In this document: one piece after another, positions 39,238 through 47,215 of the stretch
Position numbering within the stretch: the first letter of the stretch is position 1
Layout of the letters: every line of letters begins with the position of its first letter
NCBI GenBank assembly: GCA_021323995.1
Contig: JAJPJY010000066.1
Span: 10,458-74,457, forward strand
Direction of reading: 5' to 3'
Source: a bacterium
Lineage (GTDB): Archaea > Thermoproteota > Bathyarchaeia > 40CM-2-53-6
DNA length: 64,000 nucleotides
The notes under the pieces: model-generated
Told to the model about the DNA's origin: nothing
The model's input: the letters and a program-made list of their open reading frames with translations, nothing else
Database searches by the model: none
Translations under genes and position numbers: made by a program

Positions 39238-41331
39238 CTACCTCGCGTAGTACGTTTTCTTCTTGGCGAAGTTCAGATTAGTCCCAACGGGTACTTCTCT
39301 GTCCTTGTAAGGCGGCTTCTCTTGGTCGCTCAATTTTGTCTCTTCATGAACACCTTGAGAACCACCGGGTCGCATGGACACGATGCTCTCCTCCTTGTCC
39401 TCGTCGCTGAATCTTGGGCCGGTGCCTACTGCACCCATCCCACTCGATCCCACGTCTTCATCAAGTCGAGCCGCAGGATTGCCAGTAAACTCTCGCCCGT
39501 TCTCTTCAGCTTTGCCTTGTCCGAATATAGGAGCGGGACCACCGGAGTAAGCTTGCTTTTCTCCAGTCTGTGTAGGATCGACGCCTGCTAAGGCCTCTGC
39601 TCCTAAGTTCTGCTGTGGAGCGATCTGGTCTAGTGGAGGAGCTGGTTTCGGTTGAGTAAGAGCAGACGGCTGTTCTCCAACACAGTGTCGGCATATTGTG
39701 TTATCGTGTGTTTGTCCGAGGGAGTGTAGTCTCTCTTGACGGTCTCGATGCTCTTCTAGCTCCTTGACTCTTTGATCTTCGCCTGCAAGCTGAGTTTGTC
39801 GTATGGTCTCCGCGTTCATAGCAGGAACCCAGCTTTGTGAGCCGTATGTCGATCTCTTTTCCATCGACCAACGCCTCAGATCGGCTAAGGCTTTTCGCTC
39901 CTCTTGCAGAGCATCAGTTGGCTTGATGCCAACGTACGGATTTCGAGTACCCCAAGCGTCGCCATTGACTTCGATCTTCGAGCCTGTGTCTGTGCGGAAG
40001 ACCTCTGAGCTACCGGACATGCCGGGTTCTGCCGCGATTTTGGACGCAGGTTGCATAGGTGTACGTAGCTGTAGAAGCTTATTCGGGTCTGGACGACCTC
40101 CAGTCATAAGTCGCCCGTTCGCTCTCTGCTGTTCAACGACTTTCTGTTGTTCGGCCACGTCATTGTTGAAAGCACCCACCGCGAACTCTGATGGAAGAGC
40201 CTTGTTACGCCCGCTAGACTTCTGCATGGTTCGGAAACGAGATTCGTAATCCGAATGTGTCTCGCCGGGATGTAAACGCGTACACTCTGCTGAGTAGTGA
40301 TTGAAATGCGTGTTCGAATCGACGAACCTTCCATCAGCAGGCAACCCCTGATAATCTAGGCCACTCTTGTTTGTGGTCGAATCCGAATCTTGCCCTCCGA
40401 TGATCTCAGGCTTGTCGTTAGCTGAGTTCTCTCCAATCTTTTTCTCATCGAAATTCCGAACGTGTACCCACTTAGCTCCATGCTGTCCCGCTCTTCGACG
40501 GTCTGAGTCCTTGTCTCCCACAAACATATCGGCATGATCGAGAATGCTCTCATCATCAGTAATTGGGATACCGTGTGCTTCGCATATCTTCCGAGCAAAC
40601 AGCTTGTCGTCTGACTGAGTGCTAGAAGTAAACACGATGACTTCTTTGCCTTGGGACTTCAGCCAGTCAAGTGTACCCATAGGTATACCCTGACCTGTGT
40701 TACGCGCATCTACAGTCCCGTTCCAATCGAAAGCGATTGTGTGGGGAAAGTCGCTAGCGTACTTCGCTTTCTGAATGCTGAGTCGTGCGACAATCTGTTG
40801 AGCTGTCGCGTAAGGCTTGAAAGACTTCAACTCTAATCCGGTTACGTAAGCGAACTGGTTAGCCGGAATACCGACAAGACTTGCCTCGTACAATGGAGCA
40901 TCGAGTATTCTTCTGATTGATCTTCCAGTTTCGCCGTCGAACTCCTTCTTTGAGTTCTGCATGTCAGCTCCGATCGAAATACCAATCCTCTGACCAGACT
41001 GTAGCTTGTGGATGATAGCGGCCGCCATTGGACTGACCTCAGGGTCTTCGAGTCTTCCCTCGACCACAAGGTCTCCGTTTCTGTACTCCGCTTTATTCCA
41101 CGAGCCTACACTGGAAGAAATATCGTGAGCGTGATCTACGAACATGTTGAGATGCTCGTTGTTGATTACGTCGCACCAGTTCTGGAGAAGGCTATCGTCC
41201 ATAACGTCGTAATCTCTGTCGATTCTATTGTTCGACATGATTCCCTGAAGATACCAGTGCTTGCCGTCTGCAGACTGTTTGAGTATGAACTCAGTTGTTG
41301 CCGCCTTGAAAATTCTCATATATGTCTCCAC
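39238..41331 (-). CDS. HK97-type prohead protease (S78-like) fused to a HAD-like domain and a long low-complexity tail
   Basis: DRDYDV, MFVDH, GISIGA, LYEASLVGIPAN; then IAFDWNGT, VIVFTSS, FVGDKDSD. Confidence 0.9.
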   Translation of the reverse strand: METYMRIFKAATTEFILKQSADGKHWYLQGIMSNNRIDRDYDVMDDSLLQNWCDVINNEHLNMFVDHAHDISSSVGSWNKAEYRNGDLVVEGRLEDPEVSPMAAAIIHKLQSGQRIGISIGADMQNSKKEFDGETGRSIRRILDAPLYEASLVGIPANQFAYVTGLELKSFKPYATAQQIVARLSIQKAKYASDFPHTIAFDWNGTVDARNTGQGIPMGTLDWLKSQGKEVIVFTSSTQSDDKLFARKICEAHGIPITDDESILDHADMFVGDKDSDRRRAGQHGAKWVHVRNFDEKKIGENSANDKPEIIGGQDSDSTTNKSGLDYQGLPADGRFVDSNTHFNHYSAECTRLHPGETHSDYESRFRTMQKSSGRNKALPSEFAVGAFNNDVAEQQKVVEQQRANGRLMTGGRPDPNKLLQLRTPMQPASKIAAEPGMSGSSEVFRTDTGSKIEVNGDAWGTRNPYVGIKPTDALQEERKALADLRRWSMEKRSTYGSQSWVPAMNAETIRQTQLAGEDQRVKELEEHRDRQERLHSLGQTHDNTICRHCVGEQPSALTQPKPAPPLDQIAPQQNLGAEALAGVDPTQTGEKQAYSGGPAPIFGQGKAEENGREFTGNPAARLDEDVGSSGMGAVGTGPRFSDEDKEESIVSMRPGGSQGVHEETKLSDQEKPPYKDREVPVGTNLNFAKKKTYYAR

Positions 41332-41600
41332 TCTTCTCTCGTTCTGACAACTATTCCGGTCTTGTCGAGTCCGAGTATACTGTCATACTGCTTTGTCAAC
41401 GGATTGTAAACGCCAGAGGCCGCCCCACAGTCTGTGCACCGTATCAGGGTGTAATCCTTGCTAAAACTCATTGGATTAGAACTGCCACAGACCAAGCAAT
41501 AGCCCGGCATGATAGGTAGAGGCCTCGCTTTGCTGACGAAACTACTTGTACGCTTAACGCCGCCGTGGCCTTTGAAAGTTGGCTTCATGAACGAGACCAT
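41316..41600 (-). CDS. Zn-ribbon protein
   Basis: CLVC...CTDC. Confidence 0.7.
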   Translation of the reverse strand: MVSFMKPTFKGHGGVKRTSSFVSKARPLPIMPGYCLVCGSSNPMSFSKDYTLIRCTDCGAASGVYNPLTKQYDSILGLDKTGIVVRTREEWRHI

Positions 41601-41842
41601 CCATCTCTTCGAGCTTCGTGTTTGATGAACGGCTTAGACGGCTTACAGCCGAAGCAGAGCTTGGCCGCTAGAAAGTTGGCAGGAGGTCGGAATGGCTGGC
41701 CACACTTCTCGCATTTCTTCTGCTCAGCCGCCTTGAGTGCGTCGTACCTTTGTTGTGTCAGGTCTTTGCTCCGCTCGTCTGTAGTCCCGGTTATGGCTCG
41801 GGACTTTGGGAGAGCAAACCCGCCACTGAGTGGCCCGTTCAT
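41585..41842 (-). CDS. Zn-finger protein
   Basis: CEKC...CFGC. Confidence 0.7.
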   Translation of the reverse strand: MNGPLSGGFALPKSRAITGTTDERSKDLTQQRYDALKAAEQKKCEKCGQPFRPPANFLAAKLCFGCKPSKPFIKHEARRDGWSRS

Positions 41843-42925
41843 CTACTTCGTGAAAAGCTTACGAGCATTGATCCGCTTGACAAACTCGTTCCGGAGCGGG
41901 TCTCGTGCCCGTAGATTCTGTAAATCTTCTCCGGTTTCTTCTGCTCTCTTCCTTAGATCATACTCGCGAGCCCTAAGTCCCTCTTCGAGGTCTCCAACAG
42001 CCCAACGAGTAGAGCCGTCAAGTTCGATACTCTTAGTTAGTTCCTCATTCCTTGGATTGCTCGCTTCGAGCTTCTCTTGGAAGGATTTGGTAACCTGAGC
42101 TGGGTTAGAGTTAGGCTGATAACTGGAGTGAATGTGGTGTTTGACAGCGACCCTTCCATCCTGTCCAGTGATCGAAGTTACAGTAGACCCTCCCGGCCCT
42201 TGAAGCCCGGATAGACCGCGACCTTCTGGAGGAAGCTGTGGTTGCTGTCCTCCACGTAGTCCCAAGCCTGAATATCTTGTCGGAGAAGTCTGAGTTTGAT
42301 TAGACTGTCGAGCAGAACCCGAACCGCTAGACGAGCTAATGTCTCCATACCTCTCGGCACCTATTGTGACTTGGTAGCCTTGGCCCGGAGAAGTGGGGTT
42401 GAACTCAGCATTAGGTACTTTGCCATAGTCGCTAACATCAGTAGGCTTGTCGGTTGGTTTTCGCTGGTTCGGCCCCGGAGTAGTATACTCGTCGTTGTAT
42501 GGCCCAGAGGACTGTCTTCCAGAAACGAAGCCTGTGTGCTCTCCAGTCGTGCCCGGCCCCTGACCCGGAGTTCCAGTTGTTGAGAAGTTACTGGTTGTGT
42601 TAGTCTCGAGGATTTGGGAAACGATCTTCGCTGGGCTTTGCCCAATAGCCGCTTTCTCCAGTATGTACTGGTTCATAGCTGAAATTTCAGCTTGACTGTC
42701 GAACGACAACTCATACCCGTAGTCCGATAGGAGCTTGTAAACATCCTCAACGACAGTTCTCTTAGCGAGCGAGTTTGCAACAGTTGTGGCACCTTTTCTA
42801 ATCTCAGTTGGAGGAAGCTCAGCGTTTGATATGGCTCGAACTCTTCCATTGAGTAGTTTGTGCTCTATGCCTTTGGTGAGGACTTCTTTACGCCTCAGCT
42901 TAAGGTTCTTGACTATGTCTTCCAT
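41843..42925 (-). CDS. Putative internal head/scaffold-like protein with disordered G/S/T/P/Q core
   Basis: 360 aa, helical ends, five [LIV]xK[SAG] motifs; upstream of the protease. Confidence 0.6.
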   Translation of the reverse strand: MEDIVKNLKLRRKEVLTKGIEHKLLNGRVRAISNAELPPTEIRKGATTVANSLAKRTVVEDVYKLLSDYGYELSFDSQAEISAMNQYILEKAAIGQSPAKIVSQILETNTTSNFSTTGTPGQGPGTTGEHTGFVSGRQSSGPYNDEYTTPGPNQRKPTDKPTDVSDYGKVPNAEFNPTSPGQGYQVTIGAERYGDISSSSGSGSARQSNQTQTSPTRYSGLGLRGGQQPQLPPEGRGLSGLQGPGGSTVTSITGQDGRVAVKHHIHSSYQPNSNPAQVTKSFQEKLEASNPRNEELTKSIELDGSTRWAVGDLEEGLRAREYDLRKRAEETGEDLQNLRARDPLRNEFVKRINARKLFTK

Positions 42926-42942
42926 TGTTGTGTCTCTTCCGT

Positions 42943-43203
42943 TTATTTCTGTAATCGTCTGTCGGCCTCCTCGGCCTTCTGTAGCTCGAAGTAGCCATTT
43001 TCGATTGTGGCTAAGTCTTGTGGGCTCCCTTCTCGGGAGCGTTCCCCAAGTACTACTTCTTGAATCATCCAGTTACGTAGTGTGTCGAGGGATTTTCTGT
43101 CTCTCCTCGAGACAAAGGCACTTACAGTCTTCTGAATTGCTTCCCTCTTCGCGTCGGCGTTCTTAGCGTGCTGAATCTGGATAAGGTAATCGTCTATGTT
43201 CAT
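42943..43203 (-). CDS. Hypothetical helical viral protein
   Basis: ATGA overlap with the upstream gene. Confidence 0.7.
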   Translation of the reverse strand: MNIDDYLIQIQHAKNADAKREAIQKTVSAFVSRRDRKSLDTLRNWMIQEVVLGERSREGSPQDLATIENGYFELQKAEEADRRLQK

Positions 43204-43697
43204 GGTTTCCCCTTCGGTTTCGGTTTCGAGACCTCGACAAAGCTGATCTCGCCCTTTTCAGTTGTCTGAACTCGCCACATCCCACCACAGCCGAAGTTAA
43301 AACAAGTCAGCGTACCAGAAGCTCCGGGCTGAATGCGGTACGTCTTATGCCCGCATGGAAGTGTGTACTTCCGTCGATCAATAACGGGCTGAGCCACGAC
43401 CTCTACTGGATTAAGCCACTCAGAGACAGCTTTCTCCACATTCTTCCACTGGCCGCTCCAATTCGACTCAATGAACTCTCTTGTCTTCTCGAGCGCGGGA
43501 TCATCAATTAGGAAAGCACGGCCTAACCGATACTTGCCTAGATTTGTTACGGGACTTGACACCGTGCCCTTGGTTAGCGAAAATGCCGTCTGTCCAAGGT
43601 CTTGGTCTAGCCGCTCGTCCTTGAGGTCGTTTTCTTTTACCGTCCTTTCGAACATCTTCTCCCACTCGGGGAGCGAAATTTTGAATTTACTTGGCAT
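43200..43697 (-). CDS. Hypothetical viral protein with C-terminal Zn-ribbon
   Basis: CGH...CFNFGCG; start placed at MPSKF (43697). Confidence 0.65.
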   Translation of the reverse strand: MPSKFKISLPEWEKMFERTVKENDLKDERLDQDLGQTAFSLTKGTVSSPVTNLGKYRLGRAFLIDDPALEKTREFIESNWSGQWKNVEKAVSEWLNPVEVVAQPVIDRRKYTLPCGHKTYRIQPGASGTLTCFNFGCGGMWRVQTTEKGEISFVEVSKPKPKGKP

Positions 43698-43839
43698 TCT
43701 TTTCTTGTCTCCGTTCTTCACGTAAGCGTCGCATCGACTCGCGCTGTTTCTTCAGCCGACGGGCCTTCTCAGTGTACACATCGATGGCCGTCTGTTTCAT
43801 GGCGTCGAGTTGGTTTTCTAAATCTGGTTCGTCGGGCAA
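43687..43839 (-). CDS. 50-aa basic helical protein (below track cutoff)
   Basis: GGAGG upstream of TTG; LPDEPDLENQLDAMKQTAIDVYTEKARRLKKQRE... Confidence 0.6.
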   Translation of the reverse strand: MPDEPDLENQLDAMKQTAIDVYTEKARRLKKQRESMRRLREERRQEKNAK

Positions 43840-43872
43840 AGCGCATAACCTCCAGTCCTCGTTTCCGGTGAT

Positions 43873-44160
43873 TCACAAAAAGTAGGCACGAATACGTAAC
43901 GCTAGCTTTGTTCTACGTTCCAACACTTTTTGAAGCCGTTTCATACTGGCGATGTAGGCTTCTCGGTGCCGCTCCCGAAACCGCTTCTGCCGGAGTGCTC
44001 CCTTACTTCGAACCTTCTTGGGGCGAGCCTGACGCTTAGACCGGAGGGATATCCACTCTACATGCTGTCTGCCCATACGATTACTAGTGATTAGACCGCA
44101 CTTGGAGCAACGGTAGTACATCCCGTCTTCAAGAAGCTGGCCGCCACAATCTTGGGTCAA
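43873..44160 (-). CDS. Zn-ribbon protein with basic tail
   Basis: CGG...RCSKCG; TTG 44160 overlaps the upstream TGA. Confidence 0.6.
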   Translation of the reverse strand: MTQDCGGQLLEDGMYYRCSKCGLITSNRMGRQHVEWISLRSKRQARPKKVRSKGALRQKRFRERHREAYIASMKRLQKVLERRTKLALRIRAYFL

Positions 44161-44675
44161 GGTTGCGTGAAGATCTTCCTTAGCCCGCTGACCAGCTCGA
44201 GCACCCAACCTGAGCCCGCGTACCAGGAGGGGTAGATGGTCTGCACAATGTTGTCGCCGAAGAAGTCGCGGAGCGCAGAGAGCGCATCGTAGTCGTAGGT
44301 AAGGAGGGTAGTGACTAACGCGGGACGAGGATGATCAGGATTAACATACGTGGTTCCCGACCCATGCCTTCTACCGCGCTCGTCGTGGGATCGTCGGACC
44401 TGATACTGAGCGTTTGACCAGTCCTTCGATAGGATGTTCTTTTGAACCCAGCGAAGGTTCTCCATCCATATCCCTCCTTGCTTGAGACCATGGGGTTCTC
44501 GGTTCTTGCACTCCAGAAGCCACTCGCGGCCCTTGGAGTCTTTGACCCAGAAGTCGGGGTACGATGACTTCTTCGCGAGCGCGTATTCAGCTACTATGTG
44601 TCCATCGGTTTTGAACGCTTCCAGAACCATCAAGACTGACCGTTCAAGGTCGTCGCCTTTCTCTTGTCTGCTCAT
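44157..44675 (-). CDS. PD-(D/E)XK nuclease, Holliday-junction-resolvase-like
   Basis: KGDDLE...YPDFWV...LLECKN; start ATG 44675 or 44711. Confidence 0.78.
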   Translation of the reverse strand: MSRQEKGDDLERSVLMVLEAFKTDGHIVAEYALAKKSSYPDFWVKDSKGREWLLECKNREPHGLKQGGIWMENLRWVQKNILSKDWSNAQYQVRRSHDERGRRHGSGTTYVNPDHPRPALVTTLLTYDYDALSALRDFFGDNIVQTIYPSWYAGSGWVLELVSGLRKIFTQP

Positions 44676-44717
44676 TTTAGAATCTCTCCGTGGAGTAAAC
44701 GGGTACGCCATTCCTAT

Positions 44718-44792
44718 TCACCAAAAGTCGTAGCGTATCTTGCTGTTGTACACGTAACGCCCTCAGAAAAAGTCGGATCGTATCTTGTCGTT
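44718..44792. repeat. Imperfect 30-bp direct repeat pair (44718-44747, 44763-44792)
   Basis: TCACCAAAAGTCGTAGCGTATCTTGCTGTT vs TCAGAAAAAGTCGGATCGTATCTTGTCGTT, 24/30. Confidence 0.8.
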
Positions 44793-44829
44793 TTCGCCGA
44801 GCTATCTCCGGGTATATACTCAGACTCCA

Positions 44830-45165
44830 CTACTTCGCCATCCTACGGAACCCGGCGTCGAGCATCTGCTGTTTCGGATCAAGTTCAGGGAGTGTGGGGT
44901 CTTCGATCTGTCTCTCCCGGAGAGCCCGGCGAGCTTTGACCAACAAGTTGTATGTGTCCAGAAGTCTCTGCTTGAGCATGCTCACCATTTCTCGCTGTCC
45001 ACGCTTGGCTAGGAGGTCGTTGTGGTGCTTGTGGCAGTAGAAGCGATCACGATCGAAGTTTCTGTTGTATCTCCACCAAGTATCGCGTACCCACCAGTTG
45101 GCGGGTTCCCCGCACCTGCACAAGTGCTCAGGGCTAGGCTCAATAGGAATGCTGGGACTTGGCAA
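44830..45165 (-). CDS. Zn-finger protein
   Basis: LCRCGEPA...FYCHKH. Confidence 0.7.
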   Translation of the reverse strand: MPSPSIPIEPSPEHLCRCGEPANWWVRDTWWRYNRNFDRDRFYCHKHHNDLLAKRGQREMVSMLKQRLLDTYNLLVKARRALRERQIEDPTLPELDPKQQMLDAGFRRMAK

Positions 45166-45180
45166 ACGTGGCTCACCGCC

Positions 45181-45444
45181 TCAGGCGGCCGTTCGTCTGT
45201 GGAACGGCTGTCTGAGTCTCACGGCGTGTATCTGTCGGCACTTGTCACAGCGAACCAGAATTTCACCCTCTTGCAGGTGAACCTCAGGGGTGCTATGGCA
45301 ATCTGGGCACTGTAGCACGTAGTCAGTTCCCGACCCTATGTGCACCACCGACGCGTCTTCCGGTTTTCCCCACCAAGCGAGATTGAAATCTCTGATGGGT
45401 ATTAGGGCCCTGAACAACTTGAACGGAAGGGTTGTCGTAATCAA
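45181..45444 (-). CDS. Zn-ribbon protein
   Basis: CPDC...CDKC. Confidence 0.7.
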   Translation of the reverse strand: MITTTLPFKLFRALIPIRDFNLAWWGKPEDASVVHIGSGTDYVLQCPDCHSTPEVHLQEGEILVRCDKCRQIHAVRLRQPFHRRTAA

Positions 45445-45718
45445 CGACCCCTCGCATTCTCTAAGTCTATGACCCTAACGAAGAGGTCGGCAACATCATC
45501 GATGAGGTCTTCGACTTTCTGCCCAAGTTTCTTCGAGTTAACCGGCCCATTCCCACGGGTCGGGAAGTTTGCCCGGCTGTTCGCCGGTCGGTTGTCGTTC
45601 GCGCTTCGGCGCATTCTTGACACCGCATAGTGGCGGATAGTAGCTAACGTGTCACCTGTTTTACGCGGTCATCGGTTCTGAAACACCTTTGGGAATAGTC
45701 GGACTTGCTAAGCTAGGC

Positions 45719-46036
45719 TTGCCAGACCAGGACCCGAACGTCGAAAGACAGTTGAAAGAAGCCAAGGTCAAGGCACGAAAATGGTACCTTGAGCATGGTG
45801 TCATGACACCAGAGGAGAAGGACGGGCTAGCTATCGAGCTTGGGTTTTGGCGATTCGTCCACCAGAAGCAAAGGAGTGCGACGAACCAGAGGAACTACAG
45901 ACTAGACCATCCTGAGCAGAAGGAGCGAGAGAAGGTCCGTCAAAAGACAGAGAAGTACAAAATTGCTCACCGTGCGGCCGTAAAACGTTACAAGCAGAGA
46001 CTCGCTTCAACCGGCTCAAAATCTCGGTTTTCCTGA
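45719..46036 (+). CDS. Basic helical protein, divergent from the main viral operon
   Basis: Start placed at TTG 45719; Lys/Arg-rich. Confidence 0.6.
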   Translation: MPDQDPNVERQLKEAKVKARKWYLEHGVMTPEEKDGLAIELGFWRFVHQKQRSATNQRNYRLDHPEQKEREKVRQKTEKYKIAHRAAVKRYKQRLASTGSKSRFS

Positions 46037-46109
46037 AGACCGTTGAGAAACGTTCTATGATGGGAGAGAAATCAGGTAACTATAAATAGACAAACCGTCC
46101 CTGTTAGCC

Positions 46110-47189
46110 GTGGTCTTCGTAATGGCAAAACAAGATGAAGACAATGGTGGAGAGAAGTGGGTTCGGCGACCCTTTCCGAAGCATTCGCTGGAACAAACCC
46201 TGATCATTCCAAGCGCAATCCAAGACAAGAACGCGGGAAAGCCGATGCGGCGACTTCTCCTTGCCGATGCGATAGGTAGGAAACCAACCAGTTCCGAGTT
46301 CAAGTACCTGCTCAGCTCGTCCTTCAAGTACGGTCTTACCGACGGGACGGAGAAGTCGGAGCAGATCATACTGACCCCGCTAGGTCAAGCTATCGTACAG
46401 CCAAGGTCGGTAGAAGAGAGGATGGCAAAGCTTCAGGATGCCGCACTCAAGCCCGATCTATTCAAACGAGTATTCGATTACTACAACAATGCGAAGTTTC
46501 CGACTGACGGGAAGTTCTTCCGGAATGTGCTCGAGAGAGATTTCGGCGTACACACTGATTGGGTAGATGACTGTGTGAAGATCCTGAACGACAACGGAAA
46601 GTTCTCGGGTATCGTTCGGAATGTCTCAGGTTCTCCCTTTGTGATTCTCGGAGACCTTTCAGAGGTTCCGGCCGCAGAAGTCTCCACCGAGCAGACTTCT
46701 ATCGAATCTCCGACGACAGTGACGGGAGGGGATACTTCCATGAGGACGACACCGCCTCCTGTCATAGTGCCACGAGTGTTCATCTCTCACAGTAAGAACG
46801 CTAAGGTTGTGGAACAGTTGAAACGCATGCTAGTGTTCGGCGGCTTTCAGTCTGAAGTGGCAGAGGAGCATCAAACGACCTCGATCCCTGTACCACAGAA
46901 GGTGTTTGAAAGCATGCGACGGTGTAACTGTGCGGTGATCAACGTAAGCGCGGACGAACAAGAAAAGCGCGACGATGGAAGCTATGGCATCAACCCAAAC
47001 GTCTTGATCGAGATCGGTGGGGCATTCCTTCTCTACGACAAGAAAGTAATACTGCTAGTTGACAAGAAAATCAAACTTCCAAGCAACCTTCAGGGCCTAT
47101 ATGTTCTACCTTACGACGGTGATGAGTTGTCGTGGGACATGGGTATGAAGATGCAAGAGGCCCTTACGGGATTCAAGAGCAAACTCTGA
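46110..47189 (+). CDS. wHTH-like N-domain + TIR-like (CAP12/Pycsar-type) domain protein, putative anti-viral effector
   Basis: RVFISHS...CNCAVINVSADE...NPNVLIEIG...VILLVD...LPSNLQGL. Confidence 0.82.
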   Translation: MVFVMAKQDEDNGGEKWVRRPFPKHSLEQTLIIPSAIQDKNAGKPMRRLLLADAIGRKPTSSEFKYLLSSSFKYGLTDGTEKSEQIILTPLGQAIVQPRSVEERMAKLQDAALKPDLFKRVFDYYNNAKFPTDGKFFRNVLERDFGVHTDWVDDCVKILNDNGKFSGIVRNVSGSPFVILGDLSEVPAAEVSTEQTSIESPTTVTGGDTSMRTTPPPVIVPRVFISHSKNAKVVEQLKRMLVFGGFQSEVAEEHQTTSIPVPQKVFESMRRCNCAVINVSADEQEKRDDGSYGINPNVLIEIGGAFLLYDKKVILLVDKKIKLPSNLQGLYVLPYDGDELSWDMGMKMQEALTGFKSKL

Positions 47190-47215
47190 GGGTGTCTTGG
47201 AGTGTTTAGAAACCT

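Noticed and set aside
39232-39280. Programmed -1 frameshift joining the protease to the downstream ORF
   Set aside because: The downstream frame is open 15 codons upstream of its TTG, but there is no X XXY YYZ slippery heptamer and the pseudoknot is too far away
41843-42925. Major capsid protein
   Set aside because: Right size, but the centre is disordered low-complexity sequence with no HK97-fold pattern
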